From assembly GCA_951406725.2 (NCBI GenBank), contig OX597824.1, positions 35,526,001 through 35,590,000 on the forward strand: DNA of 64,000 nucleotides, given 5' to 3'. Below the pieces are notes generated by a model, which searched no databases, was not told the DNA's origin, and was given only the letters and a program-made list of their open reading frames with translations. Of this stretch, positions 51,410-64,000 are shown piece after piece (the first letter of the stretch is position 1; each line of letters opens with the position of its first letter). A program made the position numbers and the translations under genes. Origin of the DNA: Octopus vulgaris. Taxonomy: Eukaryota.

Positions 51410-53625
51410 ATGCATTTAGGAATAAAAAAGAACACAGTAATATGTCTACTGAACGTAGGAGGGCTGCTGCGCAGCAGCTGTAAAAGGAAAATCTCATTCC
51501 TGAGAGACCTTGTGGCATGCAATCAATCTATATGCATGGCACTCATAGAAACGCATCTTGGACCCGATATAGGGGATGCAGAAATACTCATACCACAATA
51601 TGCTGTCATACGCTCAGATAGAAAAGGGAAGAGCCATGATGGAGTTGCAATGTACATCAGAGATGACCTCACGCCCTTGGTCCTGATGTCATATTCAAAC
51701 TCAGTGTGTGACACTCAAATTGTACGCATAAGACAACTGAATATCGTCATATGTACTACATATCGCCCACCGGATGCCCCAAATCACTCAGGCATGTTTG
51801 AAGACTGCCTAACAAAAATAGGAGAAATTCTCACCAACCTGGAACAACACAACAGTGTATTCTTCATGGGTGACTTTAACTTCCTCAATGTGGAATGGCC
51901 TAGGGCGGGGGCAGATGCTCCCAGGGATGAAACACCATCAGCAGGCACAGGCAGAGTCCCTGCTCCATCTCACAAATGCCTCTTTCATGGAGCAAATAGT
52001 GCTGCACCAACAAGGGCAGATAATATACTGGATCTCTGCTTTACAAACAATATGGATATTATCCATAATGTTAAAGTGATGCCGACAATGATCTCGGATC
52101 ACAACATAATAGAGCTGTCTATGTATGAACCAAAAGCCCCCGCAGACACACAGCCTATACGAAACATCTACAATCTCTCCAACTTAAACTTTCATAAAGC
52201 AAATTGGAAGTTGATCGAGAAAGAGATCCTCAAACAGGATTGGCCTAAATGTCTCTCCACACCGGACATTGACATGAAACACAAACGCTTCATGTCCATA
52301 ATACAAGCCATATGTGACAAATATGTCCCAGTATGCTGGGCCGGCACACACAAAAACAAAAACAGGCTTCCTAGAGAAAGGAAGATTCTTATGAGACGAC
52401 GGACAAGGATTACGAACCGCCTGAGCAAGCACACCAGAAGTGGTGAGAAGTCTCGGCTCGAGAGAATGCTAATGGAAATTGAGAAAAGTCTGCATCAGTT
52501 TCATGAAAAGGTGAGAGCAGATAAAGAAGCTTGGGTAATAGAAAATATAAAGTCAAACCCTGAAACTTTCTTTAAGTTTGCCAAAGAGACAGCCACAGTG
52601 CACCAGAGAATAGGACCCCTCTTCCAAAAAGATGGCTCTCTTACAGGAAATCGCACGAAGATAAGTGAAATACTGAACGAACAGTTCCAAAGTGTGTTCA
52701 CTACATCTCGAGGACACAGGCAAGTAAACAACCCCAAAAAATTCTTTGCCACTTTACCTGCGGCCAAAGAGGCAAAAATTGAGTACATCAACATTGAAGA
52801 TGATGATATCACACTCGCCATAGATGAGATTGACACAAACTCAGCTGCTGGACCTGATGGATTTCCAGCGATCCTTCTCAAATCGTGCAAACGAGCCCTT
52901 GCAAAACCGCTACAGCTTCTTTTTCAGAGCTTTCTTGCAAGTGGTAAGCTCCCAGTCAAATTGAAAGAGGGGGTAATATGCCCTATCCATAAGGGAGGAA
53001 GCAGAGCAGATGCTAAAAATCATAGGCCTATCTCTCTGACCTCACATCTGCAAAGTCATGGAACGAATAGTCGTCAAGAAACTAATCATGTTCCTTGAAG
53101 AAAATGACTTGCTGACTGACACCCAGGTAGAAACTGCCTAACACAGCTCCTGCAACACTATGACTGGGTGTTAAAACAGCTACTAAATGGCTCAAATGTG
53201 GATATGATATATCTCGACTTTGCAAAAGCCTTTGATAAAATCGACCACGGTATGATTTGTCACAAACTGCGTGGTCTCGGCATAGGCGGACAACTTGGAG
53301 AGTGGCTGCACAACTTCCTAAAAGATAGAAGGCAGGCAGTTGTGAGCAATGGAGCCACCTCCAAGGAAACACAAATAACAAGCGGTGTTCCACAGGGCAC
53401 TGTCTTGGGGCCACTACTGTTCATAGTGGCCCTTTCAGGCATGCCCTCAGTTGCTAAGATGGCCACCTTTGCTAGCTATGCAGATGACACAAAAGTCTCC
53501 CACACAATACAAAACCCTGGAAATATTGCACATCTGCAACAGGAGTTGGATACAATATACAAGTGGGCTGAGGACAACAACATGCAGTTTAATGCAGGTA
53601 AGTTCCAGGTCCTATGGTACACTAC
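51410..53625 (+). mobile_element. CR1/L2-group LINE ORF2 pseudogene (APE endonuclease plus RT), frameshifted and 3'-truncated
   Basis: EN motifs ETHL, YRPP, MGDFN, NILDL and SDHN. RT motifs AAGPDG, HRPISLT, YLDFAKAFD, SGVPQGTVLGPLLF and YADD. Frame breaks at ~51900-52000 and ~53050-53130. Confidence 0.93.
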
Positions 53626-55859
53626 TAGAAACTCAAATACATCATTTTCTATAGCCTCATAAAGTCTTACATTATTTGCTAATGTCACATTATTTTGTTC
53701 AATGCGAGGTGCATTTTCTGCTAGTGAAAAACTTGTAAAGTAACGGATACTCTCTGGGCAATATGTATGGCGAAAAAACGATCGTGACTGACGGTTTCGT
53801 TTCAGCCCATCACTCGGTTATATTTCCTCACTGCTTCCATAATCTTGAAACATTCCAGTAGCTTCTAACGGTAGGTTTATCATCCCTATCAACTACTTTT
53901 GTAAATAAGTTCTTTTCAGATTATATGCGTTGATTGGTAAACTGTGCAGAAAAGTGGTATTCGTGGGGATATATTCCACTCTCACATTATCAGAAAGATT
54001 ATATAAAACACTGTTTGGTTCAGTGTGTTGTCTAAAAAGAGAAAAACGTTGTTACACTGTACCTACCAACAGTAAAGCAAAAAAATTTGTCAACCAGAAA
54101 AAAAGACTGCATCCTATCTAACAGCTGTTTCCACTGCCAATGTTCTTTGGAATTACCATTATGATGCTAAGAGAATACTTTTCATAGTTGGTAATAAAAC
54201 CTATTTGAGTCATGGAGTTTCATTAGAGAGGAAAATACATAAATAAAATGAAGAGACAAGAAAAGAAGGAAAGGTTGAATATGGTGATAGTCTTGTCATA
54301 TTGCGTGTAGGGCCATTGGACGATAAGTAAATGACCAAAATATAAAATAAAAGGGGTATTTGGTGGGATATTCCTATGTACGAAGGGTGCATAGTTTAGA
54401 AAAATAATAGCTATTTACGCAGACAGGGTAGGTCAAAGGAGGAGTTAAAATACAATACAGTGTTAGAAATAATAATTACGTTTAGAGTACTATAAGTATA
54501 AGTATTTACCATAATAAATTGCTTATCGATTTAATATAATGTTTCACTTACTACTAGTAGGCATTTCAATCAATCCACCTATTGTCCAAAGTAGGTAAAT
54601 TATTAATAAATAATAATTGACGTATATCAATTGTTGTTCAATTTTATCTCCATTTTCTGTTTTCTTTAAATTTTGATTCCTGATAAACTCCTGTTTATCC
54701 TTGTCTTTACCTATCATTCATGAGCAAAGCATTTTTGCCCATGTTTAAATATAGTTAATATACCGCTAGTATTTTGAATACTTTTATCCCTTAGACGGTT
54801 ATTTTAACCTCTAACTCAACTAACCTTATATATATATATTAACCGGTGTTGTATTAACCGGTGTTGTTCAAACGATGAATAGCTTTGCGTAAACCATGGT
54901 CCGTTTTGTTCTCTTTCTGTATTATCATCTTATAATCATCTCATATTAATTACTTTTATGACTTGTATTACTACCTCAGTCAATCTAATTGTATATATTT
55001 GTCGTTACCTGTCATAAATAGCCTTTTTTTTATTTGCAATGTGCATTTTCGTTGATTTTTCATATTTTACCCTTACATTTCCACGTGTATTTTATATTTT
55101 CTTTTCGTAACATATTTCTACTATATATACTGTGTGTGTGTGTGTGTGTTAATTCGGATCAATTATATGTATAGGCACGCGCGCCACATGCACCCTCAGA
55201 CATATATATATATTTCAGGGTTGTTTCCCCCGTAGAATTAGTTCTGAAGACATTTTGCGTCTTCGCTACGAGCCCAGTTTCAATAAGTTTCTCTTGGCTT
55301 ACTATATTATGTTAACAACGATTTAATAATGTTTTGCATGCAGATTGCTTCCATCCGTCGTTCTTGAGACACCTGTTCGTTGTTTTTATTCGCTACATTC
55401 CTATATGTCTCATATAGTTTGTTAAGCTGTGTCAGCACTGATAAGACTGTACTTCGATAAGATCGAAACATATCAGAAGTTACAATCGTCCATCTCAACA
55501 ATAATTGCCGTTTGAAGCCTTTATATAAAACCCTAAGATACAACTACACAATAACGTGCCAAAGATTTCATCTTTCGAGATTCGGTTTTATCAACACATT
55601 CACTCATTCAGCGAGCCGGATAAAAGTCTTGACAACCCTTTCCTGCTATATTTCTTTCTTTCTTTTTTTTTCTTTTTTTTTTTTTTTGACGGGTGCTTGT
55701 CGTTTTGTAAGAATCATCAATTTGCCTTTAAAATTAACAAGAAAAGTCAATTGTAGAATATTCCTTGTTCTATACAGTTACTAGCATTCGCTGCAAGGTA
55801 CATTGCCAACTGCGCTCAAGTATGAAATTACTCAATAACCCACATGAGTCGGCACTCAC

Positions 55860-56235
55860 GATCTGAGCTCAAATCTCACCAAGCTCAGCTTGGCATTGAT
55901 CCTTTCGGGGTCGCTAAAATAAGTACCAGTTAAGCTTTAGGGTCGATGTAATCGAAGAGCCCCCTACCTAAAATTCCAGGCCTTGTGTCTCTAGAAGAAA
56001 GGACTATTATTATTAGCAGTAGCAGCAGAAGCAACAGCAACAGCAGTAGCAGTAGTATTAGTAGTAGTAGTAGTAGTTACCGCGTCGGGAAAATGCTTAG
56101 CAGCATTTCTTCTGACTTTACGTTCTGAGTTCAAATGCCGCCGGTGTCGATAAAATAAGTACCTACTGAACAATAGGGTCGATGTCATTGACTTATCCCT
56201 TCCCCGGAATTGCTTTCTTCACGCCAAATTATAAA
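55860..56235 (+). mobile_element. Degraded S2 SINE pair
   Basis: CCTTTCGGGGTCG..AAATAAGTACCAG homology. Confidence 0.7.
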
Positions 56236-56939
56236 ACCATTATTATTATTATTGCTATTATTCTTATTGAGTGAGAGAGAAGCGCATGTCAGCAAAGTGA
56301 CACTAGGTACAATTAATTATACGAAGCCCAATATACCTATCATGACTGCCCGTCTGATAAGGGTACACCAAGCACATCCGTCATAACTACATAACTACAT
56401 GGTGATCTTATATCAAAATAAACAGCGCATGACCTTGCAAGTGGGACCCAGTAGCCCATCCTGTTCAAAAGGTCCCTGAATATGGTTTGTTTAAGGATGA
56501 TGAAGGAAACACCCATGTTTCCAGAGGTGAATTATTCAAGCCCCAAAGAATTCCTCTCAACACATGGCTATGATGCACCCCCCCCCCAATACTTCTGCTC
56601 GTGATCGGAGATGCACATATCGTCAACCACTAAGGGACATGCTCAACTGGTTAAGGTCAAACAACTGACAAGCAAATGTGTAGTATTGAGTAGAATATTT
56701 GGTGGAGCCCATCTTTTATACCAAGACAAAACAATGTACATGATAACACTTCCAATCAGCTAAGATCAGAAGCCACGAGGGCCACTGCCTGGTATTGCAT
56801 CAGGGCATTTATTATTATTATTATTATTATTATTGCTGTTGCAGTTAATTATATAAGTATATAGACAGGCAGGCAGACGGACAGACTGACAGATGGATGG
56901 ATGGATGGATGGATGGATGGATGGATGGATGGATGGATG

Positions 56940-56991
<52 letters not shown>

Positions 56992-57384
56992 TGCGTATGC
57001 ATATATATCTATCTTTGTACAGCACTAATATCCTAATAAACAGTTTCATACAGCACTACATTCATTCAAACTGTTTCATTCGAAATCCTTTATTCCTCCT
57101 AATGTAATCTAAACACATCACATAATCTCATCGAGAGTATTGATAATGCCAATATCACCTAACATTCAACATATTAGACGTGAGTTCGTGATTGCACTTT
57201 GTTGTTGTCGGCTATTGTTCTCGTTCATTACGACAGGCGTCACAGACACATTTTGTAGGTCTGTACTTAGAGCTTACATCAGGAGCTGATTTCTCACTTT
57301 TCTCTTCAGTTAAATAGAATAAGCAATATCAAAAGACAAATTGTAAGTAACAGCATCGGTAAGAATTATCTCGAGTCGAGGACT

Positions 57385-57980
57385 TAAATGGTACTTATTT
57401 CATCGACCCCGAATGGATGAGAGGCAAAGTTGACCTCGGCGGAATCTGAACTCAGAACATAAAACCGGAGAAGGCGGCGAGCTGGCAGAATCGTTAGCAC
57501 GCCGGACGAAATGCTTTGCGGTGTTTCGTCTGTCTTTACATTCTGAGTTCAAATTTCGCTGAGGTCGACTTTGCCTTTCATTCTTTCGGGGTCGATAAAT
57601 TAAGTACCAGTTACGCACTGGCGTCGATGTAATCGACTTAATCCCTTTGTCTGTCCTTGTTTGTCCCCTCTATGTTTAGCTCCTTGTGGGCAATAAAGAA
57701 AAAAGAAGGTAAAACCGGAAGAAATGCTAACAACCCTGCCAGCTCGCCGATTTGATTATAATAGTAATCCTTTCTACTATAGGCACAAACACTGAAATTT
57801 TAGGGGAGGAGGTAAGTCGATTACATCAACCCCAGTACACAGCTGGTACTTATTTTATCCACCCCCGAAAGGATGAAAGGCAAAGTCGACCACGGCAGAA
57901 TTTGAACTCAGAACGCGAAGACGAACGAAATGCCCAAAGCATTTTGCTCGACGCACTACCAATTCTCTCAGCTCGCCGCC
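57385..57980. mobile_element. Nested S2 SINEs (+ copy at 57472-57700 inside - copies)
   Basis: S2 homology on both strands. Confidence 0.85.
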
Positions 57981-58179
57981 TTATAAATAATAATAATAAT
58001 AACAACAATGATAATAAATGCTTTCTGTGTTATTAATGTTAGCAACAATAACGTCAACAACAACAGCAACATGTGTCGACAGTTTAATGAAAGAAAAACA
58101 TTTTGCTAAGACATAAAAATGAAGAACAGTGATTTTTCAATCATTAATGTGTGTTTTTGCGTTTATAGTAAGAAAGGAA

Positions 58180-58632
58180 GGCGGCGAGCTGCCAAAATCC
58201 TTAACACGCCGGGGAAAATGCGTAGCGGCATTTCGTCCGTCTTTACGTTCTGAGTTCTAATTCCACCGAGGTCGACTTTGCCTTTCATCCTTTCGGAGTC
58301 GATAAAATAATAACAGTTGAGTACTGGAGTCGATGTAATTGATCCTTCCCCACTCCCACCGACTTGAATTTGTTGGTTCTGTACCAAAATTTTGAAACCT
58401 AATATATAGTAAGAAAAGAAGGGCACGAGCAGGCATAATCGTTAGCAAGCCGGACAAAATGCTTGGTGGTTTTTCGTCCGTTTACATGTACTGAGTTCAA
58501 ATTCCGCCATGGTCGACTGTACCTTTCATTCTTTTGGAGTCGATAAAGTAAGTACCAGTTAAACAATGGGTCAATGTAATCAACTTAACCCCATAACAAA
58601 AATAGGTGGCCCTATGCCAAAATTTGAGACCA
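58180..58632 (+). mobile_element. Two tandem S2 SINEs
   Basis: GGCGGCGAGCTG head and S2 central domain. Confidence 0.8.
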
Positions 58633-58644
58633 GTAAACTCTTAA

Positions 58645-58845
58645 CTCTTTAACTTGTTTCAGTCATTTGACTGCGGCCATGCTGGAGCACCGCCTTTAGT
58701 CGAGCAAATCGACCCCGGGACTTATTCTTTGTAAGCCCAGTACTTATTCTACCGGTCTCTTTTGCCGAACCGCTAAGTGACGGGGACGTAAACACACCAG
58801 CATCGGTTGTCAAGCAATGCTAGGGGAGCAAACACAGACACACAA

Positions 58846-58892
<47 letters not shown>

Positions 58893-59060
58893 TACGACGG
58901 GCTTCTTTCAGTTTCCGTCTACCAAATCCACTCACAAGGCATTGGTCGGCCCGAGGCTATAGCAGAAGACACTTGCCCAAGGTGCCACGCAGTGGGACTA
59001 AACCCGGAACCATGTGGTTGGTTAGCAAGCTACTTACCACACAGCCACTCCTGCGCCTAT
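58645..59060 (-). mobile_element. SINE family S1, full length
   Basis: Reverse complement of the S1 consensus. Confidence 0.92.
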
Positions 59061-59478
59061 GTATGTAGTAATTAAGAAATTATTCCATATTTTAGCTTGG
59101 TTAAAGATACTATTGACTATTTTAACTTCTATCATAAACCGACCACAGTTTTATTCGAGTGGAAATTAATTTTCAGACAACAAATGCTAAGTATATGAAA
59201 GATGCACAATAGTTATTTATCTATCTTTTAGCCTTTATTTGTTTCACTCATTGGACTACGGTCATGCTGGGGCACTGACTTGAAGGGCTTTTGTTGAACA
59301 AAACCTTTCCAACACTTATTTTTAATTCTGGCATTTATAATATCGGTTTCTATTCCCGAACCGCTACGTTATGAAGACGTAAATAAACCAGCGCTCCGGT
59401 CTTCAAGCATGCATGTGCATCTATGTGTGTATGTGTGTGTGCAGAGAGAGTGAGAGAGAGAGGAGGGGGAGAGAAACT

Positions 59479-59547
<69 letters not shown>

Positions 59548-59793
59548 GTTGGACTTCTGAACCCGTTTCCGCGTACCAAATTCATTCTCAACACATTGGT
59601 CATCGTAACCAATGTGCTGCGCATTGGGAACTGAATCTCAAACTACATAACAAATTTCTTAGCCATACAATCATGCCTGGAACTCATCCCAATACTTGCT
59701 TTTAGTTATTTAGGCCTGCGTTGTGTGTGCGTGCATGCAATTACGGTACATACATATATACATATATATATATTATCATTAATATTACTATTA

Positions 59794-61009
59794 CTAGCGG
59801 GACCTGTGAACATTTCACGGAATTAACGGTGAACCTGTTGGGTTATTTCTGAAAACTTTATCAAAAAAAACCTGAAAGCGTAGCCTGTGTTGTGTTTGTA
59901 TGGAAAGACAGTCGCTCATCTGCTAATCAGTGGGGAGTGAAAGAAATTGGAATACGATGATTATTTAATGCACTTTATATGTACACTTTGTGGAGGCGCA
60001 ATGGTCCAGTAGTTATGGCAGCGGACACGCGGTCGGAGGATCGCGGTTTCGATTCTCAGACCAGGCGTTGTGTGTGTTTATTGAGAGAAAATACCTAAAA
60101 GCTCCACGAAGCTCCGGCAGAGGGTGGTGGTGACCCATGTTGTACTCTTTCGCCACAACTTTCTCTCACTCTCTCTTCCTGCTTCTTGAGTAACGCTGCG
60201 ATGGACTGGCGTCCCGTCCCGCTGAGGGAACACATGCACCACAGAAACCGGGCCCATGAGCCTAGCTAGGCTTGAAAAGGGCGACGATATATATACACTT
60301 TATGTACTTTATGCACAATTTTTTAGACTTAATACCCAGCACTCGCAAAATAAATATTCACTCCAATTTTTCCATTTTTCCCCATATAAACATGATACAA
60401 CCTTCAGTTAAATTGCAAATATATATACCACGTAAATAAGCGTGAATATTTCACGGAATTGCACTTACGTACATGCATTAAATGATAGGTAATATAAAAA
60501 AAAAAAACTTAGTTCAATTAAAAAAATACACTTCTCACTATACAGTCACCGCCGCCACCTCCACCATCATCATCTTTGTCTCCCTCGCCCTCTTTCTCTT
60601 TCTCTCTCTCTCTACCTTTCTTTAACCTCACCATTAGAACATTACTCCTCTACTAAAATTATATCTTTAACTCTCCTCCTCTATATCATCACTAATTTCA
60701 ACTAACTTTTTTCAACCACGTAATAAATATTACGTTCCCCCTACCTCACGTCATGGACGCTTCTCTCTCGGTCTTTTTCTTTCTCCGTCTTTCTGTTTCA
60801 CTCTTCTCCTTATCTTATTTCTCTCACCTTTTCTTTCTTTTCTCTTTCCTTTCAATTAATCACGTGAAAACGTTACAATTACATTCCCTCTACCTCACCA
60901 CGTGGACGCTTCTCTCTCCCTCTTTTCTTTCTCCAGCTTTTTCTCTAATCACGTGAAAGTTGTTACCGACGGGCTAAATAACGGAACAACAAACTGAATT
61001 ATCATAAGA
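59794..61009 (-). mobile_element. Probable non-autonomous Helitron containing a nested SINE and internal repeats
   Basis: Reverse strand starts A|TCTTATGATAAT and ends with the hairpin GTGAA-ATG-TTCAC followed by GGTCCCG-CTAG|T. Internal repeat TTCCCYCTACCTCAC..TGGACGCTTCTCTC occurs twice. Confidence 0.55.
59991..60286 (+). mobile_element. tRNA-derived SINE family S3
   Basis: Homologous to 2404-2718. TACACTTT is duplicated at the flanks. Confidence 0.9.
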
Positions 61010-61015
61010 TGCATA

Positions 61016-61205
61016 GGCGGCAGGATGGCAGAACTTAGCACACCGGGCGAAATGCTTAGCAGTATTTCGTCCGTTTTTACGTTCTGAGTTCAAATTCTGC
61101 CGAGATCGACTTTGACCTTCATCCTTTCGGGGTCGATAAATTAAGTACTAGTCGATGTAATCAATTATCCCCCTCCCCTGATATTACAGGCCTATAGTAG
61201 AAAGG
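61016..61205 (+). mobile_element. SINE family S2
   Basis: S2 homology. Confidence 0.82.
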
Positions 61206-61270
61206 CTTATAATCATTATGCTTAGGTATAGTAATACTAATAATCTTGTGTTAGAATTCATGATATATAT

Positions 61271-61880
61271 GTTAGTTAGTTAGTTAATTTGGCTCAAAAG
61301 CAAATAGCAAGGCCATGTAGGGGGACATGGAGTTAAGTACAGGGTGGTGTTCATGTAAAGAGTTCAGGCCACTTGAGGTCCAGGGAGGCTTTGAACAAAG
61401 CGGTCGTCGGCATCTTCACCATCTCGTCTGGCTGCTTGTTCCACGGATCCGCAACCCGGACGGAGAAAGCTCCTCTCCTTCGATTGAGATGAAATCGTCG
61501 CAGGTAGAGCTTTTCAGAATGACCCCGCAGCCGACGCTCTGGAGCAGGAGTGAAGAACAGCTCTTTCGAGAGGTTACACTTTCCGCTTATGATGTTGTGG
61601 GCGAGAATGAGATCACCACGGCGGCGGCGTTTTTCAAGAGAATAAAGGTCGAGCGTCCTCAGCCTTTCTTCGTAGGACAAATTTTTGAGACCATGAACCA
61701 TGCGGGTAGCCAGCTTCTGGACTCTTTCGAGATGCTGTATGTCTTTGAGGAGATAAGGAGAAGAGGCTTGAATCCCATACTCCAATATGGGTCTCACCAG
61801 CGTGACATAGAGTGGTAGGAATATGGCTGCTGTGAGCATTCCGAATGACCGTCGAATCAAGAACAGAATTCCGCGTGCTT
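61271..61880 (-). mobile_element. 5'-truncated CR1 LINE 3' end with a (TAAC)n tail
   Basis: LYVTLVRPILEY...LERVQKLATRMV..LSYEERL..L.LYSLEKRRRRGDLI...RGHSEKL..FSVRV..WN, followed by a short 3' UTR and TAAC repeats. Confidence 0.92.
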
Positions 61881-62070
61881 ATGCTACATAAAGAAGTGTC
61901 AGTCGAGTACAGAGAAGCAATAAGAAATTAGAATGAGAACGGAGTCAAAAATTATGTACTGGATTTCATTAGCTTAGAGTTGTTTCTGCCAAAGGATGCC
62001 ATGAACTCATAGTTGTATGTTTGAGTATGACCCTATAGCTTCATCGCATCTTCATATATATTAATACAGG

Positions 62071-62107
<37 letters not shown>

Positions 62108-62111
<4 letters not shown>

Positions 62112-62392
62112 ATAAGATCGTTATTTAAATATCGAACTTATCAAGTGGCCAGCATGGAAATAAAAACCTTCAAAGGTAATAATTATTATTAAAATTATAA
62201 TTTAGGGTATATCAGAGATACCGCCACGCTTGAAATAGCAGTCAAAACTTGACTCTAAAACCACATTAAAAGTTCATACAGCACCAGGAGAGAAGACATT
62301 AAAAGACAAAATAAACTGGCAAAAAATTCGTGGATAATTCCAGATTCCGGATTTCTGGCTCTACATAAGAAATGCTTTGCCTCCTCAGTGAA
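62108..62392 (-). mobile_element. TA-embedded element beginning with a canonical-core hammerhead-like motif (62339-62392)
   Basis: TTCA-CTGAGGA-GGC-(19 nt)-GCC-A-GAAA-TCCGGAA-TC-TGGA, with (TA)n on both sides. Confidence 0.6.
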
Positions 62393-62582
62393 TATATATA
62401 TATATTCTTCTGTTATTTGTTTCAGTCATTTGACTGCGGCTGTGCTGGAGCCTTTAGTCGTACAAATCAACGCCAGCAACTATTCTTATTCTATCGGCCT
62501 CTTTTGCCGAAACGCTAGTTTACGGGGAAGTAAACACACCAACATTGGTTGTCAAGCGATACTGGGGGACAAACACAGACAC

Positions 62583-62646
<64 letters not shown>

Positions 62647-62700
62647 GTACATATATTTATATATACATATATGTTCATATGTATCTATGTATATATATGC

Positions 62701-62731
<31 letters not shown>

Positions 62732-63612
62732 TATATATATGTATGTATATGTATATGTATGTATATGTATATATATATATATATGTATGTATATATATAT
62801 GTATGTATGTATCTATATATATGTGTGTGTGTGTGTGTCTGTGTGTGTGTGTGTGTGTGTGTCTGTGTGTGTGTGGAGGCGCGTGGCTTAGTGGTTAGGG
62901 TGTCAGCATCATGATCGTAAGATTTTGTTTTTGATTCCTAGACCAGCCAACGCGTTGTGTTCTTGAGCAAAAATGTCCCCCTAAATTACAAAATTAGGGG
63001 AGGGGGAATCTGCCCTATTTTTCAAATCCTGGCAGCACACTGAAGCTGGAAGCAGGATAATAATCTAATTCTACACTTTATCACATTCAAGAATATAAAC
63101 ACGTTTTTATGCACAGCACACGCTGAGTAAAAAAGAAACACTTCTTTTCACCAGCACACTGGGGTCGACACTTCGAAAACCACAGTGGTGTCTCTCCCTA
63201 GCGTGAAGCTTCCTAACTCGGACATGTGCGCAAACACCACTTTGCTGGAACTATGAAGCGCACAGTTCTATAAAAGAATTTTTGTATTTTTTTCATAAAC
63301 TAGGGGATGGCTACTGACATTAAGCTTAAGGATTATATAATGTACAAGCATAAAGAAAGAATTAAAGAAAATAAGGGACTCATTATATTAAATGTCATCG
63401 ATAATATCGAGTGGAAATAGGAGTACTGCAGTTCCGTAGTGCCTATACACGAGCCGCCACTGCTCATGGTTTTACTCATGCGGGTGTGTGAAGCGAACTG
63501 GGGAGTCAAGTATTAGATAGTCTTTCTTAAAGTATAGTCTTGGAGAGGGATCACACACACACACATATTTATGTGTGTACGTGTGTGTATGTGTGTATGT
63601 ATATATATATTC

Positions 63613-63941
63613 TGAGACCCCCTTCGGTCACAACACAGACCATGGGATTGCACCTAGAAAGTTACCCTCCCAGGCACAAGGTTTTTTATGGAAGACCAGC
63701 AGTCGCCCATACATACCGGCTTCCTCTCTCCAAGCCCCCAATGTTATCCAAGGGAAAGGAAAAGAGGCCGATACAGCTTGGTACTTGTGATATCGCAACT
63801 CATTTCTACAGCTGAGTGAACTGGAGCAACGTGAAACAAAGTGTCTTGCTCAAGAAAACAACACGCAGCTCGGCCCGGGATTCGAGCTCACAACCTCACG
63901 ATCGTAAGCTCGACGCTGTAATCACTGAGCCATGCCACTTC
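63613..63941 (-). mobile_element. tRNA-derived SINE family S4
   Basis: Reverse strand TGGCTCAGTGATTAC..GAGCTCGAATCCCGG head. Related heads at 23375-23496 and 62875-62975. Confidence 0.75.
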
Positions 63942-63945
63942 GCAA

Positions 63946-63995
<50 letters not shown>

Positions 63996-64000
63996 ACCTC

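Noticed and set aside
55436-55480. CTGATAA-GA..TC-GAAACATATC hammerhead-like motif
   Set aside because: Core mismatch and no stem I pairing; too degenerate to call.
56270-56810. (ATT)n-flanked ~540-bp block resembling a dispersed repeat
   Set aside because: Single copy in the window with no diagnostic ends, so it cannot be classified from the sequence alone.
59991-60065. tRNA gene (also 2645-2718, 10050-10126, 41778-41840, 62875-62950)
   Set aside because: A and B boxes are present, but the sequences continue into SINE bodies with no clean acceptor stem or poly-T terminator.

Overview
AT-rich, microsatellite-saturated animal genomic DNA. The SINE families and the (TA)n/(CA)n/(GATA)n density suggest a coleoid cephalopod, probably Octopus (inference). 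No intact protein-coding gene is visible, and almost all ORF-track entries are microsatellite or SINE artefacts. Supported content: about 40 tRNA-derived SINE copies or fragments from at least 4 families, two CR1/L2-type LINE remnants (51.4-53.6 kb +, 61.3-61.9 kb -), an L1/Tx1 RT fragment, two Tc1/mariner transposase remnants, MITEs, non-autonomous Helitrons, several foldbacks and tandem duplications, a possible signal-peptide first exon (3.54-3.62 kb -) and promoter-like GC-rich islands (28-29.6 kb, 37.1 kb). The main observation is a set of short elements, nearly all inside (TA)n tracts and often in head-to-head inverted pairs, that carry minimal type I hammerhead-ribozyme-like motifs (stem I-CUGANGA-stem II-GAAA-short, often palindromic stem III-NUH-stem I). 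They come from at least six sequence families, and one is fused to a tRNA-derived Pol III head. They look like non-autonomous Penelope-like/retrozyme elements. Catalytic activity is untested, and several cores carry non-canonical substitutions.
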